This document shows, piece by piece, positions 63,799 to 64,000 of a DNA stretch of 64,000 nt (its first letter is position 1; every line of letters begins with the position of its first letter). The notes below the pieces were generated by a model. It made no database searches. It was not told where the DNA came from and saw only the letters and a program-made list of their open reading frames with translations. Source of the DNA: Podarcis bocagei. Taxonomy: Eukaryota. The position numbers were made by a program, and so were the translations under genes. The stretch lies in the NCBI GenBank assembly GCA_964188305.1, contig OZ076901.1. One strand, written 5' to 3'.

Positions 63799-64000
63799 CA
63801 GTGGTACCTCGGGTTACATGCGCTTCAGGTTACAGACTCCGCTAACCCAGAAATAGTACCTCGGGTTAAGACCTTTGCTTCAGGATGAGAACAGAAATCG
63901 TGCTCCGGCGGTGCGGCAGCAGCAAGAGGCCCCGTTAGCTAAAGTGGTGCTTCAGGTTAAGAACAGTTTCAGGTTAAGAACGGACCTCCAGAACGAATTA
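63799..64000. mobile_element. Tc1/mariner (Tigger-like) MITE, cut by the window end
   Basis: Near-identical to 26-251. Confidence 0.85.

Overview
Vertebrate genomic DNA, not prokaryotic. It is almost certainly a squamate and probably a lacertid lizard, judged from abundant Sauria-type SINEs and squamate L2/L1/hAT/Tc1-mariner elements. Exon-level reconstruction gives FOXR1 (+, 6 exons, 304 aa), CENATAC/CCDC84 (+, 11 exons, 350 aa), RPS25 (-, 125 aa) and exon 1 of TRAPPC4 (+, head-to-head with RPS25). This is the conserved block syntenic with human 11q23.3 (BCL9L-UPK2-FOXR1-CENATAC-RPS25-TRAPPC4). By synteny, the CpG island at ~28.4-30.9 kb is the promoter and non-coding first exon of BCL9L (- strand), and positions 1-28 kb are its 5' introns. 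No BCL9L coding exon is visible and I found no UPK2 exons. Most ORFs in the supplied track are spurious. I do not see a convincing new multi-gene system. The most unusual structures are: a four-element nested transposon stack with readable TSDs in CENATAC intron 1, built around a CpG-rich non-autonomous hAT; a 52-bp perfect Penelope-like hairpin with a hammerhead remnant beside the BCL9L CpG island; the apparent absence of UPK2, with candidate minus-strand exons in its place; and a C-terminally extended FOXR1.
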